A stretch of DNA of 64,000 nt, from positions 12,321 through 76,320 of the forward strand of contig JBCCLH010000006.1 of NCBI GenBank assembly GCA_039026955.1, written 5' to 3'. Of this stretch, positions 29,224-39,593 are shown piece after piece. Each line of letters begins with the position of its first letter. Position 1 is the first letter of the stretch. Made by a program: the position numbers and the translations under genes. The notes below the pieces were generated by a model, which saw only the letters and a list, made by a program, of their open reading frames with translations, was not told where the DNA came from and searched no databases. Source of the stretch: Bacteroidota bacterium (GTDB taxonomy: Bacteria > Bacteroidota > Bacteroidia > Flavobacteriales > Flavobacteriaceae).

Positions 29224-30054
29224 TTAGTTTCTAAAACTCCATTGTTTGTAGGTTGTTATGGCTTCTAGTCTATTTTCTTTGGCATCATCTAGTTCAGGGA
29301 AGAAATCAATTCCTGTACGTTTTTCTATTTCATCTACCGAAACTACATATTCGTATAGCGGTTTGGTAGAAGCTTCATGTGGTAGTAAAAACGCAATCAT
29401 CTTTGTGTTTCCACCTGCATTGTCCAGTAAAATTTTATAGAAATACTTTGGGACGGCTACGTCTTCTTTTCCTATGGTTTTAAGATTGTTTTCTAAAATA
29501 CCGCCTGTTACTACAAAAACACCATCGTATTTTTTTGCCCAATAGCGGACTTTTTGCTCGAGTCGATTCCAAATACCTGCGTTGAATTCATGTTCTTGTG
29601 GAGAAACATTACTGGTCAAAAATGTTTCTGTAAAGGCTGTTTTGGTATACTTCCGATCGGCAGCCGGACACAAATGCCCACGATCGTACCCAGAGTTTTT
29701 ATAATTTCGCCAATGTGCCGATTCGGTTTTTACCGCTGCATCTTGTTCAAAGTATGGACGTTTGAAATCAGTGTATACGACTTGATGCTGTTTCAATTCA
29801 TACGCTACCCATTCTGCTTGTTCATAAGCCTCATGATAGGACAACGAATAGCCTTCATGATGTACTACTTGTCCTGTCGTAGAACTTGGCAAGTAAAATT
29901 CGTTGGTTAACTTTTTCGGTTTTTTGGCTTCGGTTTGCTTTGTAGTTTCTTGTGCTTTATCAGTGCCAAATCCAGATTTGTTGTATTCTTCGTATATGAT
30001 GAATGCAGCGCCAACTAAGAGTACTAAAAGAGGATATATTTTGTTTCTTTTCAA
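29224..30054 (-). CDS. DNA/RNA non-specific endonuclease (NucA/EndG type), membrane anchored
   Basis: YDRGHLCPAAD, TFLTSNVSPQ, FNAGIWNRLE, VAVPKYFYK; TTG start. Confidence 0.95.
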   Translation of the reverse strand: MKRNKIYPLLVLLVGAAFIIYEEYNKSGFGTDKAQETTKQTEAKKPKKLTNEFYLPSSTTGQVVHHEGYSLSYHEAYEQAEWVAYELKQHQVVYTDFKRPYFEQDAAVKTESAHWRNYKNSGYDRGHLCPAADRKYTKTAFTETFLTSNVSPQEHEFNAGIWNRLEQKVRYWAKKYDGVFVVTGGILENNLKTIGKEDVAVPKYFYKILLDNAGGNTKMIAFLLPHEASTKPLYEYVVSVDEIEKRTGIDFFPELDDAKENRLEAITTYKQWSFRN

Positions 30055-30074
30055 TTTTTTGGGGTTGGTTTTTT

Positions 30075-30195
30075 GTTAATTTGTGGATTTGTGGATTTGT
30101 TGTTTTTCTGCTGATGTTTTTTTGTTGATTCGCCGATTTGTCGATTCGTTAATTTGTTGTTTTTAGCTTTTGGCTTTTAACCTTTAGCTATTCGC
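30075..30195. repeat. TTGTGGAT-type array followed by a TTTTAGC-type degenerate repeat
   Basis: ttgtggatttgtggatttgt and ttttagcttttggcttttaacctttagc. Confidence 0.6.
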
Positions 30196-30284
30196 TTTTT
30201 TTAATCACACTTTGCTTATCAAAGTCTAAGTCTATTTGGAGTCAATTTTCAAATTAAAACATTTTCAAATCATCAAATTGAAAG

Positions 30285-31394
30285 CTAACTCTTCACATCC
30301 AACGCATCGCGCAACGCATTTCCAACCAACATAAAAGCCATCACCAAACTCATAATGGCAATTCCTGGAATAATAGCTAAATACGGTTTCCCGAGAATGA
30401 TATAACTGTAATGATCTTTAATCATCGCGCCCCAACTTGGCATCGGTGGTTGCGCTCCGATTCCTAAAAAGCTCAGTCCGCTTTCTATGAGAATAGCTGC
30501 TGCAAAGTTTGCTGCTGAGATTACAATGACAGGCGCCATAATGTTTGGCAAAATATGCTTTACAATGATACGAACGTCATGATAACCCAACGCACGCGCA
30601 GCAGTTACGTATTGCATCTGCTTGACACTTAATACTTGCCCGCGGACAATTCTTGCCACCTCAACCCACATGGTGAGTCCGACAGCGACAAATACTTGCC
30701 AAAATCCTTTTCCGAGTGTCAGCGTAATCGCAATAACTAATAATAATGTCGGAATGGACCATGTCACGTTGATAATCCACATAATGATGGCGTCGACTCT
30801 GCCTTCAAAATAACCTGCTAACGCGCCTAATGAAATCCCGATAAGCAAGGAAATGAAGACTGCGACAAATCCAATCGTAAACGAAATACGCATGCCGACG
30901 AGCATTCTACTCAATACATCTCGTCCGTATTTATCGGTTCCTAAATGAAAGGTTTTTTGTTGAATGAATTGCGCGGGAATTTCGCTGGCTTTTTTAATTG
31001 TTAGAAAGGAACTCAGTGGAATTTCCTTCTCGATTCCAGTCACAGCTTCATCCGTATATTCTGTGATAAAGAGTTGATTGTTATCAATTCGAAAGTTGGT
31101 GATGGGAATTTCTTCTGCCGTATTTTGTTTCCCAAAGAAAAGTGTATTTAGAAAACTTTCTTTTGCTTGTTCTGTAGAAGGAATTGTCAACATTTGCACC
31201 GAAAACCCAGGTTTTTTTGAATGAATAGACAAATGCATTTGATTGGCATTTCGTGTATCATCTGGCGCAAAGGCATAGGCAAATATCACAATGAATGCAC
31301 ACAATACAATGAAGCTAAAACTCAAAACGCCCCAAAAATTCTTTTTGAATTTCTGGAGCGCTAATTTTGTTAGTGAATTTGAGTTTTGACTCAT
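30285..31394 (-). CDS. Oligopeptide/dipeptide ABC transporter permease (OppC/DppC-like)
   Basis: HLGTDKYGRD, EAA-like YVTAARALG, KHILPN, LSFLGIG. Confidence 0.9.
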   Translation of the reverse strand: MSQNSNSLTKLALQKFKKNFWGVLSFSFIVLCAFIVIFAYAFAPDDTRNANQMHLSIHSKKPGFSVQMLTIPSTEQAKESFLNTLFFGKQNTAEEIPITNFRIDNNQLFITEYTDEAVTGIEKEIPLSSFLTIKKASEIPAQFIQQKTFHLGTDKYGRDVLSRMLVGMRISFTIGFVAVFISLLIGISLGALAGYFEGRVDAIIMWIINVTWSIPTLLLVIAITLTLGKGFWQVFVAVGLTMWVEVARIVRGQVLSVKQMQYVTAARALGYHDVRIIVKHILPNIMAPVIVISAANFAAAILIESGLSFLGIGAQPPMPSWGAMIKDHYSYIILGKPYLAIIPGIAIMSLVMAFMLVGNALRDALDVKS

Positions 31395-31408
31395 TAATAT
31401 CGTTTAGA

Positions 31409-33538
31409 TTAGCCTTTTACAACCGCTCTCTTTTTCTTTTTAATATTGTTCAATTGGATGTCGCCCAACACGTTGATTGCTTCTTCTACATAAACATCTT
31501 TTGCTAAATCTTCATGCCACGCTTGACGCTTTCCTTGTAGCGTAGAATCCTTTTGCATCAACAATTCCTCATACGGCAACGAAGTAAAGACTAAGTTGGT
31601 ATTGTATTCTGAAATGGCTTTGAAACGTTTTGCATATTCTTCATCCGCATCTGCTTCCTTCTTATACTCCGCGTAGTTTAATGGATATACATTATCATCA
31701 CGGCGTTTCTTAATCCACTTTGCGTTTTCTTCAATCAATTTTAATTGCGCATTGTTTGCCATACGCGCTTTACTTTTCTTGATGGTTTCTTCATATCCAA
31801 TATACCCATCCCATAAATCATACGAAGCTGGATCAATTTGATCCCAAGCTAATGGATTTTCTTGGTCTTTTTCTCCCACATCAATAAAGCTATACTTATC
31901 TACCACAACAACATCACTTTTTACACCTTCCAATTGTGTAGAACCACCGTTGATTCTGTAGAATTTTTGAGTTGTTAGTTTTAAATCACCTAACTTCACT
32001 TCGCTTTTTCCCCTTATAAATCTGTCTAAACTAACAACATTTTGAACCGTTCCTTTTCCATAAGTTTGCTTACTTCCAATCACAATCGCTCTTTTATAAT
32101 CTTGCAATGCTGCTGCTAAAATTTCTGAAGCAGAAGCTGATAATTCATTTACTAAAATTACCAACGGTCCGTCCCACTGAATGCGACTGTCTTCATCTCT
32201 TAATACTTCTTTATCGTCTACAGAACTCTTAACTTGTACAATTGGACCATCTTTTATGAAGAATCCTGCCATGTCTACCACAGTTTTTAATGATCCTCCA
32301 CCATTATTTCTAAGATCCAACACCAAACCTTCCATGCCCTCTTCTTTCAAACGCTCAATTTCTTTTTTCACGTCACTAGCGGCATTTCGTTTGTTGTAAT
32401 CTTCAAAATCTACATAGAATTTAGGCAAGTTGATGACTCCAAACGTACGTTCTCCTTTTTTCACTACTGCCGATTTTGCAAAAGTTTCTTCAATCTCTAC
32501 CAAATCTCTTGTAATGGTAATGATTTCGATTGAACCATCTACTTTTTTAACAGTCAAACCTACTTTTGTTCCTTTTGGTCCTTTGATGAGTTTGACAGCA
32601 TCGTCCAAGCGCATTCCCACAATATCAACAGGATCTTCTCCTTCTTGTGCTACTTTTAAAATCACGTCACCTGCTTCAATCTTTTTACTTCTCCACGCGG
32701 GTCCTCCCGAAATCACTTCAAAGATTTTAGCACCTTCCGTACGTTTTTGCAAACGCGCGCCAATTCCTTCCAATTTTCCAGACATGTTCATGTCGAAACG
32801 ATCTTTGTCTTGAGGTGACAAATATGCCGTATGCGGATCAAATTCTTCTACAATCGCATTGATATAAATGCTGAACCAATCTTTTCGTTCTAAATCATCC
32901 ATCAAGTCGAAAAACTCCACAAACGTTTTTGCGGTAGATTCGCGTGCTTCTTTTTCAAGCGTTTCACTATCTTTTATTTCATACGAAGCGTCGTCTTTCT
33001 TTTTGTTTTCTTCTACTTCCAACTTTATATCATAATTGGCAAGCGTAGAGAACTTCAATTCTTTTCGCCAACGTTCTTTTAGCGCAGCTTTGTCTTCCGC
33101 GAAATCGAGATTTTCATAATCTCTATTAATCGTTTCATTCTTTGTAAAGTCGAACGATCCTGCCAAAAGTTTCTCTTGAAAGAATTTTGACTCTTGCATT
33201 CGCTTCATCAAACGATCGTATACCAAGCTAAAGAATTGTACGCCTGGCTCTCTAATTTCGTCGTCAATTTTATCTTTGTATTCACTAAATTCCTTAATGT
33301 CAGACGCTAAAAAGTAGCGTTTCATCGGATCTACGGACTCAATAAAGTCGTTGTATACATTTTCAGAAAAATCATCGTTGATGTCTTGCGGATTAAAATG
33401 CCATCTTCCTAATACATAAGATATTAGGTCAACTAAGGTTTTATCTTGTCCTGGATCATCAAATGATTTTTTTGCGAAACCGCATGACACCATCGCGAAG
33501 ATTAATAGTGTCACTAAGTATATTCTGTTCCTTCTCAT
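31409..33538 (-). CDS. prc: Carboxy-terminal processing protease (Prc/Tsp, S41A)
   Basis: DPHTAY, GIGA (PDZ), DLRNNGGG, SASASE, YGKGTVQ; start MRRNR at 33538 preferred. Confidence 0.92.
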   Translation of the reverse strand: MRRNRIYLVTLLIFAMVSCGFAKKSFDDPGQDKTLVDLISYVLGRWHFNPQDINDDFSENVYNDFIESVDPMKRYFLASDIKEFSEYKDKIDDEIREPGVQFFSLVYDRLMKRMQESKFFQEKLLAGSFDFTKNETINRDYENLDFAEDKAALKERWRKELKFSTLANYDIKLEVEENKKKDDASYEIKDSETLEKEARESTAKTFVEFFDLMDDLERKDWFSIYINAIVEEFDPHTAYLSPQDKDRFDMNMSGKLEGIGARLQKRTEGAKIFEVISGGPAWRSKKIEAGDVILKVAQEGEDPVDIVGMRLDDAVKLIKGPKGTKVGLTVKKVDGSIEIITITRDLVEIEETFAKSAVVKKGERTFGVINLPKFYVDFEDYNKRNAASDVKKEIERLKEEGMEGLVLDLRNNGGGSLKTVVDMAGFFIKDGPIVQVKSSVDDKEVLRDEDSRIQWDGPLVILVNELSASASEILAAALQDYKRAIVIGSKQTYGKGTVQNVVSLDRFIRGKSEVKLGDLKLTTQKFYRINGGSTQLEGVKSDVVVVDKYSFIDVGEKDQENPLAWDQIDPASYDLWDGYIGYEETIKKSKARMANNAQLKLIEENAKWIKKRRDDNVYPLNYAEYKKEADADEEYAKRFKAISEYNTNLVFTSLPYEELLMQKDSTLQGKRQAWHEDLAKDVYVEEAINVLGDIQLNNIKKKKRAVVKG

Positions 33539-33774
33539 AAAAGCTCTAATTTTCACACATTTAGTTTTTTTCATTTTCATAATTTAGCATTCTGCTGATA
33601 ATCAGTCTGAATACTGCAATAGAAATTACGCTAATTTCTTTAATTTTTTACTAAAATAAAGAAAATATGATGCCGTTTTTTAACAATCTTACTAATTTTT
33701 TGTTAAACCCAATTATTGATGCAAGTAAACAGTAAATTGTGTACTTTAGCAACTTAAAATGAAGTACTTTTTTT

Positions 33775-34554
33775 ATGGACGAAAAACCTTTAATTTTAGT
33801 GACCAACGATGACGGAATTACAGCTCCAGGTTTGCGAGCTTTGATTGATGTCATGAACGAATTAGGCGATGTAATTGTCGTAGCTCCTGATAGTCCACAA
33901 AGTGGAATGGGACATGCCATTACGGTAAATTCTACTATTAATTGCAATGCCATTACCATTGATGATGGACCGCAAATTGAATATTCGAGTTCAGGAACGC
34001 CGGTAGATTGTGTAAAGCTTGCTGTAAATCAGATTTTAAACAAAAAACCTGCTATTTGTGTTTCTGGAATCAATCACGGAGCCAATTCTTCGATCAATGT
34101 GATTTATTCAGGAACCATGAGTGCTGCGGTAGAAGCTGGTGTGGAAGGAATTCCTGCGATTGGTTTTTCATTACTAGATTACGATTGGGAAGCTAATTTT
34201 GAAGCGACAAAGAAGTATGTAAAACAAATTACCAAGACCGTCATGGAAAATGGACTGCCAGAAGGTGTGGTATTGAATGTAAATATTCCGAAGCTTCGCG
34301 AAAAAGATATTAAAGGAATTCGTGTATGCCGACAAGCGAAAGCACGTTGGGAAGCTGATTTTGATAAAAGAACCAATCCGTATGGAAAGCCTTATTATTG
34401 GCTTTACGGAAATTTTGTAAATGAAGATAAAGGCGAAGATACTGACGAATGGGCATTGGCAAACGGATATGTTTCTATTGTGCCAGTACAGTTTGATTTG
34501 ACCGCGCATCACGCCATACAAAAACTTAATAGCTTAGGATTCAATGAAAAATAA
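33775..34554 (+). CDS. surE: 5'/3'-nucleotidase SurE
   Basis: LVTNDDG, SGTPVDCV, SGINHGAN, YSGT, LNVNIP. Confidence 0.96.
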   Translation: MDEKPLILVTNDDGITAPGLRALIDVMNELGDVIVVAPDSPQSGMGHAITVNSTINCNAITIDDGPQIEYSSSGTPVDCVKLAVNQILNKKPAICVSGINHGANSSINVIYSGTMSAAVEAGVEGIPAIGFSLLDYDWEANFEATKKYVKQITKTVMENGLPEGVVLNVNIPKLREKDIKGIRVCRQAKARWEADFDKRTNPYGKPYYWLYGNFVNEDKGEDTDEWALANGYVSIVPVQFDLTAHHAIQKLNSLGFNEK

Positions 34555-34840
34555 TAAAGGTGTTATTATCGGTGCGATTGTCGGTTTGTGTGCCACGATT
34601 TTAGGAACATTTTTGTATTTGATTTTTGTGGCGTATCAACGAAATGCTTCTTTTGGTGCCGTGTGGGATTTTGCTAGAGATGGCAATGAAATTAGTTCGG
34701 TAGTCGTTTTTGGAGCAGCCTTGAATTTGGTTGCCTTTTTCGGGTTTTTACATTACAACAAAGAAACACATGCCAAAGGCGTGTTGGTCATTACGATTGT
34801 GATTGCCGTTGCCGTATTGATCCATAAATTGCTTACTTAA
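34544..34840 (+). CDS. Small 3-TM hypothetical membrane protein
   Basis: Overlaps the surE stop; hydrophobic segments. Confidence 0.7.
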   Translation: MKNNKGVIIGAIVGLCATILGTFLYLIFVAYQRNASFGAVWDFARDGNEISSVVVFGAALNLVAFFGFLHYNKETHAKGVLVITIVIAVAVLIHKLLT

Positions 34841-34849
34841 GAAACATTC

Positions 34850-35962
34850 ATGAAGTACTATATTGTTGCAGGAGAAGCGTCGGGCGATTTACATGGTTCT
34901 AATTTGATGAAAGCCATTGTAAAGGAAGATCCTTCAGCCGATTTTCGGTTTTGGGGCGGCGATTTGATGCAAGCAGTTGGCGGTACGTTGGTGATGCACT
35001 ACAAGGAACGTGCTTTTATGGGATTCATCGAAATTATCATGAATCTGCGTAAGATTTTGGGAATGATTTCTTTTTGCAAGAAAGATATTGCCGAGTTTCA
35101 ACCTGATGTTGTGATTTTTATAGATAATTCAGGATTTAATCTGCGCGTAGCAAAATGGGCGAAAGAAGCCGGTTTTCGAACCAATTATTATATTTCTCCG
35201 CAAGTTTGGGCAAGTAGAGCGAGTAGAGTGCAAAAGATCAAAAGAGATATTGACGCCATGTTTGTCATTCTTCCTTTTGAGAAAGATTTTTACAAGAAAT
35301 ACGAGTACGATGTACATTTTGTAGGACATCCGTTGCTGGATGCGATTGCCGATAGAAAACCTGTAGATGATACACAGTTTCGAGCAGCAAACGGATTGGA
35401 TGCACGACCAATTATAGCGTTGTTGCCTGGAAGTAGAAAGCAGGAAATTACCAAAATGTTGTCTGTGATGCTTTCGGTAGTCAAGGATTTTTCGGAATAT
35501 CAGTTTGTGATTGCAGGCGCGCCGAGTCAGGAGAAATCCTTTTACGATCAGTTTATTCAGGGGAAAGATGTACATTTTATTAGTAACAAAACCTATGACT
35601 TATTGAATGTTTCCTACGCAGCTTTAGTTACTTCTGGAACCGCAACTTTGGAAACCGCTTTGTATAAAGTGCCGCAAGTGGTTTGTTATAAAGCCAATAC
35701 AATTTCTTATCAAATTGCCAAGCGAATTATTACTTTAGATTTTATCTCGTTGGTGAATTTAATTATGGATCGAGAAGTAGTAAAAGAGTTGATTCAGCAT
35801 GATTTCAACACTAAGAATCTAAAGCAAGAATTGACGCGCATTCTCGATGAAAACGAACGCACACGACTGTTTGAGGATTATTTTGAACTCGAACAAAAAC
35901 TCGGTGGTAAAGGTGCAAGTAGAAATGCAGCTCGCTTGATTTGTGGAGCGATTCAACAATAA
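34850..35962 (+). CDS. lpxB: Lipid-A-disaccharide synthase
   Basis: AGEASGDLHG, YYISPQVWA, FVGHPL, LLPGSR, SGTATLE. Confidence 0.97.
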   Translation: MKYYIVAGEASGDLHGSNLMKAIVKEDPSADFRFWGGDLMQAVGGTLVMHYKERAFMGFIEIIMNLRKILGMISFCKKDIAEFQPDVVIFIDNSGFNLRVAKWAKEAGFRTNYYISPQVWASRASRVQKIKRDIDAMFVILPFEKDFYKKYEYDVHFVGHPLLDAIADRKPVDDTQFRAANGLDARPIIALLPGSRKQEITKMLSVMLSVVKDFSEYQFVIAGAPSQEKSFYDQFIQGKDVHFISNKTYDLLNVSYAALVTSGTATLETALYKVPQVVCYKANTISYQIAKRIITLDFISLVNLIMDREVVKELIQHDFNTKNLKQELTRILDENERTRLFEDYFELEQKLGGKGASRNAARLICGAIQQ

Positions 35963-36005
35963 TTTTATTTCTTCTTTAAAATTGAAGTTACGTTTTGTTT
36001 CATAC

Positions 36006-36668
36006 GTGATTGCAAGGTTTTGGAAAACTTGTGGCAATCTGCTTCTTTCGAAGTATAGTTTTGCTATGAAACAAACAGATTACCGCGCTTTCGCTCGTAA
36101 TGACGTTTCATAGATGTATCAAACATATTTAACGTGAAATCGATATAACTATTTCATTAAACACTGACTATTCAATAACTTACGTAAATTGTCAAATCGA
36201 GCATTGCTGAAAGCACCGAGCGAAGCTCACGAGATTACTTTGAAATTATCGATTCTTAGCTGTTCTCGATACATTTTTTACTACGTTTTACTCCGTAAAA
36301 AACACTCGAACTGACGTTTGATGTTTCAAATTCAATTTCGAGTTACCAACGTCACTTCGAGTGATTTTGAGGTACGAAAAATCGTATCGAGAAGTACTTG
36401 ATTGCAATGTATCAATTTGATAATTTGAAAATGTGTCAATGTGTTTCAAAGGAAATTTTGCAGTTTATTAGAAGCAGATTACTTCGTCGTAAACTCCTCG
36501 TAATGACGCATCAAAGTTTTATTTAGTTGATTAGGAATTCTTCGAAACGTCATTGCGAACAACGTGAAGCAATCCGTTACTTAAAATAACGAATAGGTTC
36601 TGTGACAAACAGATTACCTCGTCATGCTTTCTCGGATAACGTTTTAAAGATGTATCAAACGTATTTAG
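36006..36668. repeat. BIME-like mosaic of REP-like palindromes (families A, B, C) between convergent genes
   Basis: Family C at 36006-36043, 36073-36105, 36473-36508, 36548-36575, 36607-36641; family B at 36190-36236; family A at 36263-36317 (inverted) and 36349-36395. Confidence 0.85.
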
Positions 36669-36673
36669 AAAAC

Positions 36674-38041
36674 TCACTCAATAAACGAATGCTTCTTCAA
36701 GAAGTTCACGATTTCAATACAAACTTGTGGTGATATTCTATAAAAATGCCAATAACTTTGATCGTTTCCTAAGTCAATATTTCTAGCCTGTGTTTCCATG
36801 CCATGTTCTGCATTGTAAGCAATGACAGTCGTCAACAGATTTTTTCTATTGCCAAAATAGGTTTCGAGCGCAGCAGTGTTTTCTTTGTACGGCACAATAA
36901 AATCGCGATCACCATAGATGGCTAAAAACGGTTTTTGATAGTTTGATAATAGCTGTTTCGGATCAAAATTGTGACGGCGTACCCAAAGATTATTTATTCC
37001 TTCTACCGAATTTGGAATGTCTGTATCTTCTAAAAGATCTTTCCAACCTTCTTTTTCTGAGACTGCTAGTAAATCCTGCATTTTTTGATAGCCTTTTTGT
37101 GTCGCTTTGGCATCAAACACCAAGTTCGTGTAGGTTCTGACACTATTTTTTGCTTGTTCAGTAAGTTGATATTCCTCTGCTCCATATTCCATGGATTGCA
37201 ATTGTTGATCCTTCACGGAAGTTGCAGGTCCCACAATACTGATCATAAAATCAAAATCCGTCATTTCTTCTGCTTTTACCATGGTCCAACCGCCAGCGCT
37301 TATGCCTAAGACTCCAATTTTTTCAAAACCAATTGGATGCGCTTCCAAATATTTTTTTACATTTTTTACATCGTTTGCTAAATCGTCTATGGTTGCTTTT
37401 CCGCAATCACCGCCAGACGCACCTGTTCCTCGTTTTTGGTAGGCTAGCACCGTAATTCCATATGTTCGCAGAAATTTTGCGTACAAATTATATTGTGTTA
37501 CATTGGCAAAACAACCACGTCCATCTACTAATATCACTGCTACTTTCGTCTGATTGAACTTCGGAATGTGTATGTGTCCTTGTAATTCAATAGCATCAGA
37601 AGGAATCCTCACACTTTCAATGCTGTAGTTGGGTTTGGGTGGTTTTGGTTTCTTTTTTAGATGCATATAAATCGTAGGATTGAACTTTTCAAGCTGTCCA
37701 ACAAGTTCTAAATTGTTTTTATCTAATGTAACCATTGCTTTTCCGTAGCCAGTTCCAAATTTTATGGTTCCTGTACTGTCTATTTCGACAGGCACTTGAA
37801 ATTCCCCGAATGTAGGATGCCATTCGTCCATGATTTGGAGTCCATAAAGTTTGCCTTCTACTTTTGAAAACTCAATTTCTATTTTTTGATACGAGTTATT
37901 TTTGATGAAAGCACCTTCCCAATTTCCTAAAAGTGTGTTGGTAATTTCACTTGTATTTTGAGCTATTGCTACTTGACATAGCAACAATGCACTGATAAGC
38001 ATTTTACAAAAATAGTTGAAGTAGTTTTTAGTTGCGTACAT
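36674..38041 (-). CDS. Secreted alpha/beta-hydrolase (S9/S15-like)
   Basis: Signal peptide, KRGTGASGG, nucleophile GISAGG, YGDRD..VP, AEHG. Confidence 0.85.
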   Translation of the reverse strand: MYATKNYFNYFCKMLISALLLCQVAIAQNTSEITNTLLGNWEGAFIKNNSYQKIEIEFSKVEGKLYGLQIMDEWHPTFGEFQVPVEIDSTGTIKFGTGYGKAMVTLDKNNLELVGQLEKFNPTIYMHLKKKPKPPKPNYSIESVRIPSDAIELQGHIHIPKFNQTKVAVILVDGRGCFANVTQYNLYAKFLRTYGITVLAYQKRGTGASGGDCGKATIDDLANDVKNVKKYLEAHPIGFEKIGVLGISAGGWTMVKAEEMTDFDFMISIVGPATSVKDQQLQSMEYGAEEYQLTEQAKNSVRTYTNLVFDAKATQKGYQKMQDLLAVSEKEGWKDLLEDTDIPNSVEGINNLWVRRHNFDPKQLLSNYQKPFLAIYGDRDFIVPYKENTAALETYFGNRKNLLTTVIAYNAEHGMETQARNIDLGNDQSYWHFYRISPQVCIEIVNFLKKHSFIE

Positions 38042-38062
38042 GAAATTGTATGTATTTTGAAA

Positions 38063-38758
38063 TTATTTATGGTATTTTATGATACGTTTTTGGCTTCTGA
38101 CTAATGTATCATTTATTTCTACTACACGATCCAGCCAGTTTTCTTGCTTATCTCTTGCTATATATGTATAGGTTCTGACATTGAAACGCTTGCCTTTTGC
38201 ATTTTCATAAAATCCTTTAATTTCACGATTTCGTTTGTCAAAATAGAGACTATCATATCCGCGGTATTCTCCTTTTCCGTTTTCGTAGGTTTTCAAGACA
38301 GGATTGCCATTAGCATCAGTTGTAATCGTTGATTTCCATGAAATTTTACCTTCTGAGTTGAGTGACGCTTCTACTTTTTTCCCTTCAGAATTGATATATA
38401 CCGTATCGCGACTTGGTTCGGTGTCACCTTCTTCGTAATATTCTGCTCCGATGAGTTTTTTGTTGGCATCATATTTTCTATAAAATCGTAAGATCGTATC
38501 TCTTTTTTCATTTAGCCAATATACATTCATAGAATTCCCCTCTTTATCAAAGTTTTCAATCGTAGCCGAAATGAATGTTTTCGTATCTTTTCCAAAATCA
38601 AATGTCTCTTCTGTAATTTTTGCTATTTTTTTTATCTTTTTCACCTTTTTCTCATCAACAGTAACCGTAGGTTTTTCCTTTTCCTTTTTTACATCCGCAC
38701 AGGAAATTAAGAGTAAGAATGCACAACTGAGACTTGTAATGTATCTGATTTTTTTCAT
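38063..38758 (-). CDS. Lipoprotein with YD-like beta-hairpin repeats
   Basis: Lipobox LLISC; repeats KYDANKK, TTDANGNP, YFDKRNRE. Confidence 0.6.
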   Translation of the reverse strand: MKKIRYITSLSCAFLLLISCADVKKEKEKPTVTVDEKKVKKIKKIAKITEETFDFGKDTKTFISATIENFDKEGNSMNVYWLNEKRDTILRFYRKYDANKKLIGAEYYEEGDTEPSRDTVYINSEGKKVEASLNSEGKISWKSTITTDANGNPVLKTYENGKGEYRGYDSLYFDKRNREIKGFYENAKGKRFNVRTYTYIARDKQENWLDRVVEINDTLVRSQKRIIKYHK

Positions 38759-38930
38759 AAGATGGCTTTTATTTTGGTTGATACGCTCCTAAGAAAACTT
38801 TCCTGAAGTTATTAGTATATACACGAATATCAATCATTTAGATGTGTTTTCCTTATTTTTTTCTTGTTTTCTAGCTTTTACAGACTTTTTACAAACTAGT
38901 TTTTTGTTATTTTAGCAAAAAGCTCCATGT

Positions 38931-39446
38931 ATGATTCGAAAACTCCTCTTCCTTTTTATTGCTGCTTTGGTTGTCTCCTGTGGTTCGTCCAAAAAAACAG
39001 CTTCAACTCGATCAACTTCCAAATCGACCACAGTCGTAAAAAAAACATCCAAAAACAGTGCTAATAAAGCCAATGCGATTGTAAAAACGGCAATGACCTA
39101 CAAAGGAACTCGCTACAAATTTGGTGGTACTACAAAAAAAGGAATGGATTGCTCAGGATTGACCTATACTGCTTTTGGAGCACATAAAGTGAGTTTACCG
39201 AGAGTTTCGTACGAACAAGCTACCAAAGGAAAACGCATCAAATTAAATACGGTACAAAAAGGAGATTTGCTTTTTTTCCAAACGAATAAGAATAGAAAAC
39301 GCATCAATCATGTAGGTTTGGTCGTATCTCACAAAAGTGGCGTGATCAGGTTTATTCATTCCACAAGTTCTAAAGGTGTGTTGGTTTCTTCATTAAGCGA
39401 GCGCTATTGGAAAAATGCCTTTACGGAAGCGCGTCGGGTACTTTGA
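38931..39446 (+). CDS. NlpC/P60 (C40) peptidoglycan hydrolase lipoprotein
   Basis: Lipobox LVVSC; YKFGG, GMDCSG, NHVG, FIH. Confidence 0.93.
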   Translation: MIRKLLFLFIAALVVSCGSSKKTASTRSTSKSTTVVKKTSKNSANKANAIVKTAMTYKGTRYKFGGTTKKGMDCSGLTYTAFGAHKVSLPRVSYEQATKGKRIKLNTVQKGDLLFFQTNKNRKRINHVGLVVSHKSGVIRFIHSTSSKGVLVSSLSERYWKNAFTEARRVL

Positions 39447-39469
39447 TGTTGTTTTGTTGTTTTTTTGTT

Positions 39470-39547
39470 TTTTGTGGATTTGTTGATTTGTTTTTTGTGG
39501 ATTTGATCTTCCTTGATTCTCAATACTCAATACTAACATCTCAATAC
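39470..39547. repeat. TTGTGGAT-type array followed by a CAATACT-type repeat
   Basis: 20-mer atttgttttttgtggatttg at 39486; tcaatactcaatact resembles the reverse complement of 11948..11981. Confidence 0.6.
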
Positions 39548-39593
39548 CAATTAAACTATAAGATTCGACTTTAAAGACGAAGTTGCTTTGGTA

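Noticed and set aside
36006-36668. Possible CRISPR array
   Set aside because: Repeats differ in length, sequence and orientation, spacing is irregular, and no cas genes are present; the pattern fits REP/BIME
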